DNA from: Nitrospirota bacterium
Lineage (GTDB): Bacteria > Nitrospirota > Nitrospiria > Nitrospirales > Nitrospiraceae
Reading direction: 5' to 3'
Assembly (NCBI GenBank): GCA_963703955.1
Contig: CAVPGK010000015.1
Coordinates: 1-64,000, forward strand
DNA length: 64,000 nt
The notes beneath the pieces are model-generated. The model did not search any database. It had not been told where the DNA came from and saw nothing but the letters and a program-made list of their open reading frames with translations. Made by a program: the position numbers and the translations under genes. Positions 1-11,100 of the stretch are shown in pieces (the first letter of the stretch is position 1; each line of letters starts with the position of its first letter).

Positions 1-1491
1 CGTCGTGTCCAGGTCATAGTCCTGCATGTGCACGAGATACATCTGGTAGATCGGCATCACGTCCACTTCGCGGCCATTGAGCAGCTTGACCCGGTACGTC
101 CCCGTCAACGCCGCATCGATCCCGCTCTGCTGGTAGTGCCAGCCCACCTGCTCCCGATCCAGCGGCACCGCTTTGTTCTTCGCCAGGTCCCAGACCATCA
201 TGCCGCCCAGCCGTTGAATCTGCTCCGGCTTCAAGGTCTGCACCATCCCCGAATAGCGCTTCGAGTAATCCGGGAAGGCGTAGTCCTTGATCACATCCCG
301 CGGGTCCAGATACTGCAACGTATCCGACCGCACCAGGATCGGGAAATCCGTGTAGCCCTTGATGTAATCGATGTCCTGCAAGTTCTCGTCGAGAATGATC
401 TTGACCGCCCCGAGGAACAGGGCCCCATCCGACTCGGGACGGAGCGGAATCCAATAGTCCGCCCGTGTCGCGGTGGGATTGTACTCCGGCGTAATGACGA
501 CGATGCGCGAGCCCCGTTCGATCGACTCCAACTTCCAGTGCGCTTCCGGCATCTTGTTCTCGACGAAGTTCTTGCCCCAACTCGTGTTCATCTTCGAGAA
601 GCGCATGTCGGAGAGATCGATGTCGCAGTTCTGCGTCCCGTTCCACCAGGGCTGCGAGGGGTCCTGATCGCCGTGCCAGGTGTAGTTCGACCAGTACCGG
701 CCGCCCTGCGCTTGATCCGGGCCCGACCTTGCGGATCCAGGCGTCCAGGAGGGCCACGCCCCGTTCATCCGGGTGATCGCCATCTTGCCGACGATGCCCA
801 ACACCGGCATGCCCGCCCGATACTTGAAGCAGCGCGTCCCCGCGCCCTTCATCATCTCGATCATCTCCGGCGGATACCCCTGCTCGCGCAACCGCCGCGC
901 GCCCGCCTCGCCGCTGTACCGCGTCGCAATGAGACGGCCGCCTTGGCGAGATAGGTGAATGCCGTATCCCACGACACCCGCACCATGTCGTCCAGCATCC
1001 GCGCATCAAACTTGTACTTGCGCTTCGTACTCCGGGGTCAGCTCCGGCGAGCCCGCATCCATCCACTCCTTCCAGCCCCGCCGCATCAACGGCCCCTTCA
1101 ACCGATACGGGCCATACACCCGCCGGTGGAACGTGTACCCCTTCAAGCACATCCGCGGATTGTGCGCGAAGGTCCCGCGGTTCCCGTACAGGTCTTCGTA
1201 CGTCTGGTGATCGTAGTTCTGCTCCACCCGCATCACCACGCCGTTGCGCACAAAGGCGCGAATCCGGCAGGCGTGCGTGTCGTTGGGCGAGCAGCACCAC
1301 GTAAACGACGAGTCATACCGGTACTGGTCGTGGTAGACGCGCTCCCACGACCGGTCCGGGTAGTCGCCGAGGGGGTTGCCCACCTCGATGACCGGCTGCA
1401 GGGCCGTCAGCGCCAACGCCTTATCGGCGATCGCCGCTGCCGCCACCGTCCCCGCCGATACCTTTAAAAATTGCCGACGTGATAAAAACAT
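1..1491 (-). CDS. nxrA: Nitrite oxidoreductase alpha subunit, periplasmic Nitrospira-type (5' part; runs off window; indels near 1030, 940 and 750)
   Basis: TAT signal MFLSRRQFLK; FS0 motif CSPNDTHAC...PRMCLKG; downstream frames give RYWSNYTWHGDQDP and DYAFPDYSKRYSG, typical of NxrA; SD AAGGAGG upstream. Confidence 0.95.
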
Positions 1492-1593
1492 CGTGACTAC
1501 CTCCTTAGAAAAGTGACGTGCACCTCCGACAACCTCATCACGATTTCAATCCCTCCTTTCTGAGCGGACACTCCCACCCGTCGAGGTCTAAGC

Positions 1594-1608
1594 GCAAGAA
1601 TATTGCCA
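1594..1608 (-). promoter_or_regulatory. Sigma54 -24/-12 promoter of nxrA
   Basis: Minus strand TGGCAA-TATTC-TTGC matches TGGCAC-N5-TTGC with correct spacing, about 100 nt before the nxrA start; sigma54 activators are adjacent. Confidence 0.85.
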
Positions 1609-1745
1609 TGAAGAAGTCACGGCATGGTTGGCGGACCGCTTTCCTAACGTATGGACAAATCAGATAAAAGTGGCAGACTGCAAGGGACAATATCGGGAGA
1701 AGATCACGTGATGTAGTGGGTTCTCATAAAAAATTATGATTTTCG

Positions 1746-1764
1746 GATTTCTGATCAAGAAATC
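1746..1764. promoter_or_regulatory. Candidate upstream activator sequence (palindrome)
   Basis: GATTTCT-gatca-AGAAATC perfect 7-bp inverted repeat in an AT-rich tract about 140-155 bp upstream of the sigma54 element. Confidence 0.45.
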
Positions 1765-1988
1765 AGCGTTGGATCAACTAGTTAGAGATGAATAGAAAAT
1801 TATGAGAGGCAAGGAGGCGAGAACGGAAGAAGGACTTTTGACCCTGGCTTCAGCAGGAAGGACGGAAAAAGAGCCTTTCCTGGGTCGATACCGTAACATC
1901 GATGGGAATAACGAATGGGTAGAGGAGGCGGATGAGAAAACTGAGGATCGATCCAGAGCGACAGGTTACCGCAGCGTATCAGCTGCCA

Positions 1989-3440
1989 TCACGACTTCTT
2001 CTCATCTCGATTCAGATATCGCTTCACAAGCAGAGAGAAATATTGGCGGGGAATGCCGCTGCTATCGGCTGCCCTCGACATGAGGCCGCTATGCATGGCG
2101 ATCTTCGCCTTGAGATAGGCGTTAGTGAAATCGGCCACCACCTTCTTCTTGGCTTGAATGTATGGATCATCAAGAGAACCGAACACCTCGATGAGGGAAT
2201 GCCTCTTGGAGGCCGGGAGAAGGCGTTTGATGTCATGCCCCGATATACAATCCGTTTTCGCGAACATCACCGCCCGTTCGATGACGTTGCGAAGCTCCCG
2301 GACATTTCCGGGCCACCGATGAGCCACCAGCTCCGTCATAGCCGTCGAGTCGAGATAACAGTCCGGCTTCCTCATCTCCTTGACGTACCGCGACAGCAGA
2401 TGACGCGCAATGATCGGGATATCCTCCGGCCGCTCCCGTAACGGCGGCACTCTGAGCTCGACCGTGGCTAGGCGGTAATACAGGTCCTTCCGAAAGCTCC
2501 CTGTTCGAACTCTTTCCTCCAGATCCTGGTTCGAGGCGGCGATGACGCGCATGTTCACCCGCTTGCTTCGGGTCCCTCCAACCGGACGAATCTCATTGTC
2601 TTCGAGCACTCGAAGCAGCTTGGCCTGCATCGGGAGCGGCAACTCGGATACCTCATCAAGGAAGATGCTCCCGCCATTGGCCAATTCAATGAGCCCCGGC
2701 TTATCCAGGATCGCTCCAGTGAAGGCACCCCTCACGTGACCGAACAGTTCGGTTTCCACCATGCTTTCCGGCACGGTCGTACAATCGATCACCTGGTACG
2801 GTTTATCCTTCTCGCGGCTCTGCTCATGAATGGCGCGGGCGATCAATCCCTTGCCGGTTCCGGTCTCGCCGGTGATCAGCACCGAAGCGCGTCCCTGAGC
2901 CGCTTCCCCCACGCACCGCATGACGTCTTGAAAGCCGGGGCTGGTTCCGACTAGCGTTCCGGTGGTCATCTCCTGCTGAATAATGCGCTGATACGCGGCA
3001 TTTCGTCGGACGATCTCTGAGATCCGGATAGCCCGGTGGAGGCGCATGGACAGATCGATCGAATTCACCGGTTTCAGGAGATAGTCGAACGCACCACGTC
3101 GCATGGCCTCGACCGCCGCGGGAACCTCCGAGACGCGCGTCACGACGAGAACCGGGAGATTGCGATCGGTCTCCTGTACTTTGCCGACCAGATCGAGCCC
3201 GTTCATGCCGGGCAAGATCATATCGGTGAGTACGAGATCGACCGGATGCTCGGAAAGGAACTGCAGGGCGCCTTCGGCGGTCGCCCTGACCTCGAGCTTG
3301 ATCTCTCCATCGATGGCCCGCAGATCAGCCTTCTCGACCGCATTGAGGACCAGCTCCGTATCCGACGCATCGTCCTCCACGATCAAGATCGTAAATGGAG
3401 CTCGGGAAGTTGTCATGGGTTGGAGAGTTACACTATCCAT
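1989..3440 (-). CDS. Sigma54-dependent response regulator (NtrC family: REC-AAA+-HTH)
   Basis: REC (ILIVEDD, LTDMILPGMNG), Walker A GETGTGKG, ELFGHVRGAFTGA, FLDEV, WPGNVREL. Confidence 0.95.
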   Translation of the reverse strand: MDSVTLQPMTTSRAPFTILIVEDDASDTELVLNAVEKADLRAIDGEIKLEVRATAEGALQFLSEHPVDLVLTDMILPGMNGLDLVGKVQETDRNLPVLVVTRVSEVPAAVEAMRRGAFDYLLKPVNSIDLSMRLHRAIRISEIVRRNAAYQRIIQQEMTTGTLVGTSPGFQDVMRCVGEAAQGRASVLITGETGTGKGLIARAIHEQSREKDKPYQVIDCTTVPESMVETELFGHVRGAFTGAILDKPGLIELANGGSIFLDEVSELPLPMQAKLLRVLEDNEIRPVGGTRSKRVNMRVIAASNQDLEERVRTGSFRKDLYYRLATVELRVPPLRERPEDIPIIARHLLSRYVKEMRKPDCYLDSTAMTELVAHRWPGNVRELRNVIERAVMFAKTDCISGHDIKRLLPASKRHSLIEVFGSLDDPYIQAKKKVVADFTNAYLKAKIAMHSGLMSRAADSSGIPRQYFSLLVKRYLNRDEKKS

Positions 3441-3482
3441 GAGGTTCTCGTTGAAACATCATGCGATGCTTCTTCGAGTGGG

Positions 3483-5561
3483 TCAGAGCCCGCCGTATGC
3501 CCATTGGATCGGGTCGGTGGAAACGATCGGATGCTCACCGCTATCTCGTCGTAGGTCTCCCAGCACAGGCATGGAAAAAATGACCGAACATCCTCCCGTC
3601 GGACTGGACTCTATCCACACTTGGCCGCCGTACTGCTCAATGATTCGCCTGACAATGGTCAAGCCGATCCCGCTCCCAGGAGTCACGTCGGGATTCAGCC
3701 GGACAAAGGGAGCGAAGACGCGCTCGCGGTGTTCGGGAGGAATGCCCGACCCATTGTCGGACATCGTGAAATACACGAGCTCACCTCGTCGTTCATATGA
3801 GATCTGGATCAGTGGACTGGCCTGATTGCCAAGGAATTTTATCGCATTGGACATCAGATTATCGAAGACTTGCCGCAGGTACGCCGCATGGCAGGCTACT
3901 AGTGGCATGCCATCCTGAACATCCACCGACACACGGGCCCGCTCAAGTTCTCCTGCGCGCTGCTTCATGACATCATGAATGATCATGGCCGGATCGACGG
4001 CCTCCACGGCAGTGCCTTGTGAGCCGACACGCGCTACTGTCAGAATGTGCTCGACACGCATTCTTAGTTCCTTGCCATTCTCCTCGATGAGGCGCAATCG
4101 TCGGATGGCTTGATCGCTCAGTTGGCCTCCCGATTCTTGTCGCAACAATGTGGCGAGGGCTTCCACTCGTTCGCCCGGAGCCCTCAGATCATGGGCCAGG
4201 GTTTCGGCCAGGTATTGCAACTCTCGAATGCGAGTCCGGACCTCCTTACCCTTTTGCTGTGAGGTTTCATAGAGACGCGCGTTGGCTATCGCCACTGCGG
4301 CCTCATCGGCAAACCCCTTGGCCAATTTGACATTCCATGCCTCGCGCGGCACTTTTCGTTCAAGCAACAGGACCAATACGCCAAACGGTACTCCCTGTGA
4401 CAACAGGGGAATGGAGAGCATGCTTTCTCCGATGAGATTGCGCCTCATGACTTCCGGACGTGAGTCGCGTCGCAAGGCTTCTCCGATCACCGGCTGATTG
4501 GTCTCAAAAGCTTGGACCGATACGGGGAATTCCTCCCAGAGCATGACCGTCTTGCACAAACGATCATTCCATTCTCCAGAGGCAGCTTCCACGACCCAGC
4601 ATCCCATCTTCTCATTCCGTAGCATCACGAGGCAAATATCAACGTGGAGCAGGTCGGCGGCAAGGTTGGTGATCCGGTACAGCACACCTTCCACCCCATC
4701 CGGGCGGATCGTATTGATCTCGTTCCCGATTACGCTGATGGCTTCCATTTCGCGAATCTGCTGATCGATGCGGTCGGCCATGTCCTGATAGCAGCGAGCC
4801 AACTCTCCGATCTCATCGGACGAGTGAACGGTGATCGTTCGGAGCGTCGTCTCCTCTGCAGGCGACATCCCGAATGTTTTCAGTGCTTGCTGTAACCTCG
4901 ATACGGGACTGGTAATGGAGTGGGCGAACAGGCGGGCTGCGGTGAGGGCTAATCCGATCACAGCCAGCAAAGCCAGCATCAACCCCCAAATGGACACCTG
5001 GACAATTGAAGCCTGCTTGGTTTCGATGTTCTGCAATTGCTGAACTAACCGGTCCTCAAGCAATCTCAAATGGCTCCGTAGCTCATCGGACAGAGCGATG
5101 CCTTGTCCAGATTGAACATAACGGAAGACCTCTTGGGAATGACCGGCTCGGAATTGTTTCAGGAGTTTGTGCTTCGAGATCAGCAGCCTCTGGACACGGT
5201 AATCGATGTCTTGAATATTGGCTTGCAGGTTTGGGATTTCTCCGGCTAAACGAATAATCTCGTCGAGGGTCGGTCTCAATCTGGGCTCAGCCTCCTTCAG
5301 CGGGTTCAGGAAGGCGTCCTGGCGTGTCAACAAGTAGCCGCGGAACGCGTCTTCGATATCGACCACCAACCGTCTCAGGATGTTGACCTGCTCGCGCGCC
5401 AGCTCGACCTGGTGGCGTTGCAGCTGAAGTGAGTGGAGGTGATTGATAAACAGGATATGGGTCCCAAACGCGGCGGCAAGCGGGATGGAGACCAGGAGGA
5501 GGATAACCCACACTTTCTGCTGAATGCGTAGGCGATCCCAACCGCTTGCCAATCTGCTCAT
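3483..5561 (-). CDS. Sensor histidine kinase (CHASE3-HAMP-GAF-HisKA-HATPase)
   Basis: TM-flanked CHASE3 signature (DIEDAFRGYLLT..FLNP), HAMP (DEIGELA), GAF, H-box LAHDLRAP, NLMSNAIKF, DNGSGI, GSGIGL. Confidence 0.93.
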   Translation of the reverse strand: MSRLASGWDRLRIQQKVWVILLLVSIPLAAAFGTHILFINHLHSLQLQRHQVELAREQVNILRRLVVDIEDAFRGYLLTRQDAFLNPLKEAEPRLRPTLDEIIRLAGEIPNLQANIQDIDYRVQRLLISKHKLLKQFRAGHSQEVFRYVQSGQGIALSDELRSHLRLLEDRLVQQLQNIETKQASIVQVSIWGLMLALLAVIGLALTAARLFAHSITSPVSRLQQALKTFGMSPAEETTLRTITVHSSDEIGELARCYQDMADRIDQQIREMEAISVIGNEINTIRPDGVEGVLYRITNLAADLLHVDICLVMLRNEKMGCWVVEAASGEWNDRLCKTVMLWEEFPVSVQAFETNQPVIGEALRRDSRPEVMRRNLIGESMLSIPLLSQGVPFGVLVLLLERKVPREAWNVKLAKGFADEAAVAIANARLYETSQQKGKEVRTRIRELQYLAETLAHDLRAPGERVEALATLLRQESGGQLSDQAIRRLRLIEENGKELRMRVEHILTVARVGSQGTAVEAVDPAMIIHDVMKQRAGELERARVSVDVQDGMPLVACHAAYLRQVFDNLMSNAIKFLGNQASPLIQISYERRGELVYFTMSDNGSGIPPEHRERVFAPFVRLNPDVTPGSGIGLTIVRRIIEQYGGQVWIESSPTGGCSVIFSMPVLGDLRRDSGEHPIVSTDPIQWAYGGL

Positions 5562-5716
5562 AGAGCCCCCGACCCAATTCGGAAGATAGGATAGTACTTA
5601 ACCTTACTATCAGGTTCGCTGCCATTTCAACTCCAACTTTCGCAGGACGAGCTTCCTAGCCGCGGTCAGCGGGACAATCAAAACAGGAAATGGATGACAT
5701 AAGCCCGTATGAGAGT

Positions 5717-7108
5717 TTATGGGTTCTCTTCGATCTTCTTCAATCGGCGATCCAGTGCGAACCGTGTAAGGCCGAGATGCTTGGCGGCCAGGCTCTTGTT
5801 GTGGCCGGCCAGCCGGAGCACTTCTTCGAGAATGGCGGACTCGACATCGGCGAGGGTCTGCTTGCCCAGCGTCATTTCGGCTCGGACGATCTGCTGATCG
5901 CCCTGCGTCACGGCGACCGCTGACGACGAGGCCGTATCCGATAGCTCACGGGGAAGGCAGCTGGCCGTCAGCGTCTTGCCGTGGGAAAAGATCACCGCGC
6001 GTTCGATGATATTTTGCAGCTCTCGGATGTTGCCCGGATACGCGTACCGTTCCAGCATGGCGCGAGCGTCTGGGTCGATGTCCTGGACGTCCTTGCCGAA
6101 CTCCTGACCGTAGCGCACGAGCGCCCGCATGCAGAGCGGCATGATGTCCTCCATGCGCTTACGGAGGGGGGGTAACTCAAAGACGACCACATTCAACCGA
6201 AAATACAGGTCCTCGCGAAAGTGCCCGGTGGCGACATCCTTCTTCAGATCGCGATTGGTGGCGGCAATCAAACGGAAGTCCACGGCGATAGGTTCCATCC
6301 CCCCGAGTCGCGTGCACGAGCGTTCTTGGAGGACGCGCAGCAACTTCGCCTGCATCGCAAGATCCAGGTCGCCGATCTCATCCAGGAACAGCGTGCCGCC
6401 TTCCGCTCGCTCCAGTAACCCTAATTTGCGTTGATGGGCCCCGGTAAACGCGCCGCGCTCATAGCCGAACAGTTCGCTTTCAAACAGCTCGCGGGGAATG
6501 GCCATGCAATTCACGCCGACAAACGGGCCGGAGGCACGCGGGCCGTTGTGGTGCAGTACACGCGCGATGAATTCCTTGCCGGTTCCGGTCTCGCCGAGCA
6601 AGAGCACGCTGCTTTTCGGGTTTTGCGCGACCTCTCGCACCTGCGCGACCAAGTGCTGCATCGCCGCGCTCTCCGCCACCAGATTGTCCATGGCAAACTG
6701 ACCGCTCTCACGTTCCAAATCGTAGGTGACTCGTCGGCGAAGCGCCAGCAGTTCCAGCGCCCGGTCCACGACTTGATCCATGCCGTCGAAATCCACGGAC
6801 TTGATCAAGAAATCATAGGCGCCGAGCTTCATGGCCTCGACGGCATCCTGCACGGTACCGTAGGCGGTCAGCATGATCACAAGGGACTGCGGGGATTTCG
6901 GCCGCAGCGCTTTGAGCGTCTCGAGGCCGGTCATGTTCGGCATCTTGAGATCAAGCAGGATGAGATCCGGGACGTCACGATCCAACGCATCGACCAAGGC
7001 TTCGCCCGACTCGAATCCGCACACCCGGTGTTGGCGTCTCGACAGTCGTTTGACGAGGGCGGAACGGATAGCCGGTTCGTCGTCTGTGACAAAAATGGTC
7101 GCTTTCAT
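5717..7108 (-). CDS. Sigma54-dependent response regulator (NtrC/AtoC family)
   Basis: Start MKATIFVTDDEP overlaps the upstream stop (ATGA); GETGTGKE, ELFGYERGAFTGA, YPGNIREL, C-terminal HTH NKSLAAKHLGL. Confidence 0.95.
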   Translation of the reverse strand: MKATIFVTDDEPAIRSALVKRLSRRQHRVCGFESGEALVDALDRDVPDLILLDLKMPNMTGLETLKALRPKSPQSLVIMLTAYGTVQDAVEAMKLGAYDFLIKSVDFDGMDQVVDRALELLALRRRVTYDLERESGQFAMDNLVAESAAMQHLVAQVREVAQNPKSSVLLLGETGTGKEFIARVLHHNGPRASGPFVGVNCMAIPRELFESELFGYERGAFTGAHQRKLGLLERAEGGTLFLDEIGDLDLAMQAKLLRVLQERSCTRLGGMEPIAVDFRLIAATNRDLKKDVATGHFREDLYFRLNVVVFELPPLRKRMEDIMPLCMRALVRYGQEFGKDVQDIDPDARAMLERYAYPGNIRELQNIIERAVIFSHGKTLTASCLPRELSDTASSSAVAVTQGDQQIVRAEMTLGKQTLADVESAILEEVLRLAGHNKSLAAKHLGLTRFALDRRLKKIEENP

Positions 7109-9040
7109 AGGTCGCTCGCCGTCATTCTGGGGTGTTGCCTTAGCGGTAACCAGATCCGGACAGTGGTGCCCAGACCGGGCGGCTCGCCAGTTGTATGTCA
7201 CCGTAGTGCGCATCGATGATGTTACGGCAGATCGCTAGGCCCAGTCCCGTCCCGTGACGCTTGCCTGAAGTGAAAAACGGTTCGAAGACGCGCGTCAAGT
7301 CGTGCGGCGCGATTCCGGTTCCATTGTCCGTCACCGTAAGCACCATGCCGGGATCCTGGTCTCGACGTGTTTCAAACGCGGTAATGGTCAGCGCGCCCCC
7401 CTCTCCCATGGCCTCGACGGCATTCTGAAAGACGTTCAACAGGACCTGTTTGATTTGATCGCGGTCTGCCTGGAGCTGCGAGAGCGTCGGATGGAGGGCG
7501 CAGGTCACATGAATCTTCTTGCCCGCGATCGCGGCGTCCAGCAACTTCAGCGCCTCCTGGATGACGTCGTTCAACGCGAAGAGGACCGGCGCCAGGACCC
7601 GGGGACGCGCATAATCGATGATCTGATTGACGATGCGGTCCAGCCTCCGTGTCTCGCTCAGAATGACCTCGAGGTCCGCGCGCCGAGGGTCCGCAGGGTT
7701 CCGCATCGTCGAGCAAAAGAGACGCGGTCGAACCGATTCCGACGAGGGGATTTCTGATTTCATGCGCGATGCCCGCCGCGACCTGCCCCAGCGTCGCCAG
7801 GCGCTCGACGCGGCTTAGGCGCGCTTGCATCTGGTGCAATGCTGTAATGTCGATATTGAACCCTTGGTACATGACCATCCGCCCTTCTTCATCCCGGATG
7901 GGAATTCTCCGGCTCAGCACCTTCCGCACCGTTCCGTCCCGGTGCAGAAAGCGAAAGATCGTTTCATAGGGCCGGTTCTCCTCCACCGCTTTTGCGAACT
8001 CGGTGAGCACTCGATCGCGATCCTCGGGGTGCATCAGTTGCCGGATTACCTCAGGATCGACCTCTTGATCGGGATCAAGACCGGCCAGCACCCGATTGTG
8101 CCGGTTGATGAATGTCATCGCCATGCCCTTGGTCGTGAATATGCCAAGCGGGGCATGGTCTACGATGCTCCGGTACTTCGACTCGGAGGCGGCCAGATGC
8201 TGATTGAGCGTCCTGAGCTCTGCCTCGGATTGTTCCATCTGCGTGAGATGAGTGCGAAGTTGCGCGCTCATGGCGCTCATCACGCGCGTTAGTTCTCCGA
8301 TCTCATCACGACGGGCCAACACCGGCACGTCCGGCGGCACCAGTCCTGTCGAAGACCGGACCGATTTCGCGAGCGTGACGAGAGGGCCCGTGATCGAGCG
8401 CGAGATCAGATGCAGGGCGAAGACCATGAGCGCCAGCGCGAAGACGATGCCACCCATGATGTGCATGATCATCAACGAGCGGTCCCGCGCGATCTTCTCC
8501 AGCGCGTCGTTCAACGCACTCAGTTCGAGACGGTCGAACTGGTCCATCTTTTCCCGAATGAGCAACATCAGCGCACGCCCGCGACCCTGTTCCAGGTAGT
8601 GCAGGGCATCCACTGAATGACCATCACGAATGGCCTGAATAAGTCCGTCCTTTTCGCTCATCAACCGCCGGATTAAGCCTTGCACCTCCTGCACGTACTC
8701 TTGCTGAGGACTGCGCCCCTGCACCATGTCCTTGAGCGAATCGCCGACGGTCAGGATATGGTCATGCGCCACCCGATAGGGGTTCAGGTACCCAACTTGC
8801 TTGGTCAGCACAAAGCCGCGGAACCCCGTTTCTAGATCCACCACCAGGCGCATGTACTCAGCGGCCGTCCGTTGCGACTAGGTAGACGTTGTTGAGCTGT
8901 TCTTCGTCATCGGCGAACGTGCGGACGCTTCGATAGACCACCAGACTCAACAGGGTGAGCGCGACGATCGGGATCGTCGAGGTGAGCAGGAGTTTTCGTT
9001 CGATGGGAAAATTCTGAAAGATGCGTGCCAGACGCCGCAT
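7105..9040 (-). CDS. Sensor histidine kinase (CHASE3-HAMP-PAS-HisKA-HATPase), split by about 3 indels
   Basis: ORFs 8858-9040, 7372-8853 and 7140-7763 join: DLETGFRGFVLT, DEIGELT, PAS (MHPEDRDRV), IAHEIRNPL, NVFQNAVEA, GTGLGL. Confidence 0.88.
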
Positions 9041-9066
9041 GATCGACTCCGATGGTCGTTCCAGTC

Positions 9067-9095
9067 ATCCTAAGAGCGGGACCGACGCTTGTCAA
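9067..9095 (-). promoter_or_regulatory. Sigma70 promoter of the two-component cluster
   Basis: TTGACA-17 nt-TAGGAT about 27 nt upstream of the kinase ATG. Confidence 0.65.
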
Positions 9096-9525
9096 ACCAT
9101 CCGCGCGAGGCACCAGGCTTCATTGCTCGCCAGCGTAGAGGAGGAGAGGGTACCTCTCGATAGGCCCTGCGCGTGGCGAAGGCGAGCCCGCGCTGTCCCG
9201 ACTCGCTCGTCAAGAATGGCTGAGATAGCCTGGCCTATCTCCCGACGACTATAAGGCGTCTAGGCTGCCGGCTTTGCCCAAGGGGAGGCGGAATCATCTT
9301 TCATATTGAATCGCTGCGTCGGTTACGCTATCCTCACCCCCCAACCCGGTAGGCGGATACCATCTTCTGCACCTCCATGAGCGTCGTATCCAGAGCGTCC
9401 TGGGCGTCAGGCGTCTCGCGGCGAGCCGCTTCGAATAGAGTGACTTGAGGCACGGAGCCGGCGTAAGGAAACGCTCAGCGTTTCCACACCGCACCGAACC
9501 TCTAATAACAGGAAGGTCGCCATTG

Positions 9526-11069
9526 ATGAAATTTTTGGCCGTGCATCCGAGTCCGCTGATGTACACGAAGATCTATTTGCGCCTGGAGCCGCTAGGCCTG
9601 GAACTGGTAGCCCAGGCCGTGCGCCAGGCCGGCCATGACGTCCGGTTATTGGATCTCCAGGTCGAGACACACGCTGACTATGTCCGCGTCCTCGAGCGCT
9701 GGCAGCCTGACGTCATCGCCTTCTCCTGTAATTATTTGGCCAACGTGCCTGAGATTATCGATCTGGCCAAACTCACGAAAATAAAATTGCCGGCGAGTTT
9801 CGTCTTTGTCGGCGGCCACAGCGCCTCCTTTATTGCGCCGGAGTTTCTCCGGCATGGGGCCGGCGCCATCGACTGCATCCTCAAAGGGGAGGGTGAGACG
9901 GCGGTCTTGAACCTCCTCCCGGCGATTGAACACGACCGCAAGGCCATGCTGAGGGTGCCGGGAGTCGTGACCATGGAAGGCGAGGGCCGCCCGCCGCCTT
10001 CGTCAACAGCCTCGATGTGGTGCGCCCCGCGCGCGACCTGCTCCACCACCGGCACAAATACTTCATCGGGGTACTCGATCCTTGCGCCTCCATTGAGTTC
10101 ACGCGAGGGTGTCCCTGGGACTGTTCGTTTTGTAGCGCCTGGACGTTCTATGGCCGCAGCTACCGCACCGTCAGCACCGACAAGATCGTGGAGGATCTGG
10201 CGCACATTCGCGAGCCGGGGGTCTTTATCGTCGACGATGTGGCCTTCATCCAAGCTAAGCACGGCTTCGAGATCGGCGAGGCCATCGCGAAAAGGGGGAT
10301 CAAGAAACAATATTATCTCGAGACTCGCGGGGATGTGCTGTTGCGTAATCAGGAGGTCTTTCGCTTCTGGAAGACGCTGGGTATGCGATACATGTTCCTG
10401 GGCGTCGAGGCGATCGACGAAGAAGGCCTCAGGATGCATCGCAAGCGGATCTCGCTCGGAAAGAATTTTGAGGCCTTGGAGTTGGCCCGCTCGTTAGGGG
10501 TCACCGTGGCCATCAACCTGATTGCCGATCCGAGTTGGGACCGCCAGCGGTTCGAGGTGATTCGCCAGTGGTGTCTGGAGATTCCCGAGATCGTCAACGT
10601 CAGCGTCAATACGCCGTATCCGGGCACGGAGAGTTGGGTCACCGAAGGAAGGAAGCTCCAGACGCAGGATTACCGGCTGTTTGACATTCAGCATGCGGTC
10701 CTGCCGACGAAACTGCCATTGCCGGAGTTTTACGCGGAATTGGTCAAGACTCAGCAGGTTCTCAATAAGAAGCATCTGGGATGGGCGGCGCTGAAGTCGA
10801 CGGCCAAGTTGGCGGCGGGACATCTGCTGCGGGGGCAGACCAACTTCGTCAAGATGCTCTGGAAGTTCAACAGCGTCTATAACCCGAACTTGCAGTTGGC
10901 GGACCACCAGCAGCCGGTCCAGTATAAGATGGACCCGCCGCCCGCGCACCAGGCGACGGTCAAGTCGAATCTGCTGTATATCCACGCGGCGCACGGACGG
11001 CAGGGGCGGGCTATCGATGATGCCACCGAGCAATTCGTCGATGACACGCGGATGGGAGCGAGCGTGTAG
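9526..11069 (+). CDS. hpnR: B12-binding radical SAM methyltransferase, HpnR-like hopanoid C-3 methylase (indel near 9990)
   Basis: N-terminus MKFLAVHPSPLMYTKIYLRLEPLGLE resembles HpnR; B12-binding FVGGHSASF; CxxxCxxC GCPWDCSFC; DYRLFDIQHAVLPT. Confidence 0.75.
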
Positions 11070-11100
11070 CGCCATTTCCGCGATCTATTGGTTGAGAGAT

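Noticed and set aside
28..1467. Long plus-strand ORFs opposite nxrA, and similar antisense ORFs such as 14073-15173, 15544-16470 and 50866-51837
   Set aside because: Shadow ORFs of GC-rich coding sequence with no recognisable motifs
1..1491. Respiratory nitrate reductase narG
   Set aside because: The TAT signal and CSPNDTHAC motif match the periplasmic Nitrospira-type NxrA, not cytoplasmic NarG
9260..9525. Cobalamin riboswitch upstream of the B12-dependent methylase
   Set aside because: No recognisable B12-box core; only a short palindrome is seen
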